The notes under the pieces were generated by a model. The model saw only the letters and a list, made by a program, of their open reading frames with translations. It was not told the DNA's origin and ran no database searches. A stretch of 63,760 nucleotides of DNA, counting the filler, from Welwitschia mirabilis (Eukaryota), in the NCBI GenBank assembly GCA_051453625.1. It is 6 parts of one record of this genome, joined end to end, with 100 filler letters (N's around TTAATTAATTAA, not from the genome) between each part and the next. Parts side by side here need not be neighbours in the genome. Positions count along the whole stretch, not along the records: positions 59,532 to 63,760 come from JBOZIK010000001.1; 5 more parts are not named here. One strand, given 5' to 3'. Both the position numbers and the translations under genes were made by a program. Shown piece after piece: positions 62,501-63,760 of the stretch (the stretch's first letter is position 1; each line of letters starts with the position of its first letter).

Positions 62501-63760
62501 TTTCACCAAGATAAGTGTGTTGTTCGTAATGCTATCACTAACAAAATTGTGCTCACAAGTAATAGGTCTAGATGCATGTATGTGATTGGAAAAACCAACA
62601 ATCGAGTAAAGACTGCTACTTTGCCAAAAATGAAGATATCAACCTATGGCAAAAGAGATTGGGCACATAAATCGTAAAGATCTATCCAAAATCTCATCAA
62701 AAGAAATTGTAAGAGAAGTTCTTAAGCTCAACATGGATCAAGTTAAAATGTGTGAGTCATGTGTTAAAGGGAAGATAACTAAAACTCACTTTAAGAGTAA
62801 NNNNNNNNNNNNNNNNNNNNNNNNNNNNNNNNNNNNNNNNNNNNNNNNNNNNNNNNNNNNNNNNNNNNNNNNNNNNNNNNNNNNNNNNNNNNNNNNNNNN
62901 TATCCAAAATCTCATCAAAAAAAATTGTAAGAGAAGTTCTTAAGGTCAACATGGATCAAGCGAAAATGTGTGAGTCATGTGTTAAAGGGAAGATAACTAA
63001 AACTCACTTTAAGAGTAAGACCTTTACAACCTCTTTGAGACCTCTAGATCTGACTCACATGGACTTAGTTGGCCCAGTTCAAATTAAGAGTATTGGAGGA
63101 AGAAGATATTTTTTAGTCATAGTTGATTTCTCTCGTTTTTGTTGGGTCTTCTTTTTAGTCAGTAAGGATGAAGCTTTCAACACTTTTGCTAGGATTTGTA
63201 GAAGAATTCAAAATGAAAAGGGATATGCTATTAAGACCATTCGATCCGAAAGAGGAGGAGAGTTTGTTAATGAGAAATTCAAAAGTTTNNNNNNNNNNNN
63301 NNNNNNNNNNNNNNNNNNNNNNNNNNNNNNNNNNNNNNNNNNNNNNNNNNNNNNNNNNNNNNNNNNNNNNNNNNNNNNNNNNNNNNNNNNNNNNNNNNNN
63401 NNNNNNNNNNNNNNNNNNNNNNNNNNNNNNNNNNNNNNNNNNNNNNNNNNNNNNNNNNNNNNNNNNNNNNNNNNNNNNNNNNNNNNNNNNGATAAAACTC
63501 CTTATGATTGTGGAATGGCAAAAAACCCAATATAAGTTATTTCAAAGTGTTTGGAAGTAAGTGTCTAGTTCTTAAAGATAAAGGAGAAAATGGTAAGATT
63601 AAACCTAAAGCAGATGAAAGGACTTTTCTTGGATATTCTATGACAAGTAGAGTCTACAGAGTCTTCAACAAGAATTCAGGTAGAGTTGAAGAATCCGTCC
63701 ATGTTAAAATAGATGATAACTTTATTGCAAACCAACAATAGATGATGGTGAAGAAACTAT
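59532..63760 (+). mobile_element. Sirevirus/Maximus-like Ty1/Copia element: partial 5' LTR (to 60566), PBS, gag, protease, integrase; runs off the window
   Basis: LTR end cctattcatcccccctctagg...ctaaca; PBS TGGTATCAGAGC; IDIMKVEELKGSLMAY; CYECKGFGHVTAEC; WYLDSGCSRHMT; CESCVKGK; THMDLVGP; IRSERGGEF; KPNISYFKVFGSKC; few disablements. Confidence 0.92.
60569..60580 (+). other. Primer-binding site (initiator tRNA-Met)
   Basis: Perfect TGGTATCAGAGC two bases after the LTR end ...ctaaca. Confidence 0.92.

Overview
Land-plant nuclear DNA from a gappy short-read assembly. Five artificial 100-nt spacers (N44-TTAATTAATTAA-N44) join six scaffolds, so adjacency across a spacer is not guaranteed. The only host gene I can support is the 3' half of a Raf-like MAPKKK (probably subgroup B2): seven GT-AG-spliced coding exons between 747 and 9309 on the + strand. 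Its ~7.4 kb intron (1659-9019) holds a tandemly duplicated Copia integrase remnant, the young CpG-rich end of a hAT-type element, an RTE-type LINE carrying (AG)21, and a decayed plastid atpA fragment (NUPT). The rest is nested, mostly decayed transposons: an intron-rich hAT transposase pseudogene, two L1 LINEs, a Copia pol, an Athila-like gag-pol element, a pol-less Athila-like derivative whose 3' LTR is split by a 5.9-kb TG...CA insertion with a perfect TCATC target-site duplication, an Ogre/Tat-like gag remnant, a Copia LTR with PBS and a younger Sirevirus-like Copia. I found no rRNA, tRNA or CRISPR and cannot demonstrate a novel biological system. The least explained items are an intronless, frameshifted ~180-codon orphan reading frame at 58163-58708 (-) and the atpA NUPT. 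All family assignments come from motifs recognised by eye, not from database searches.
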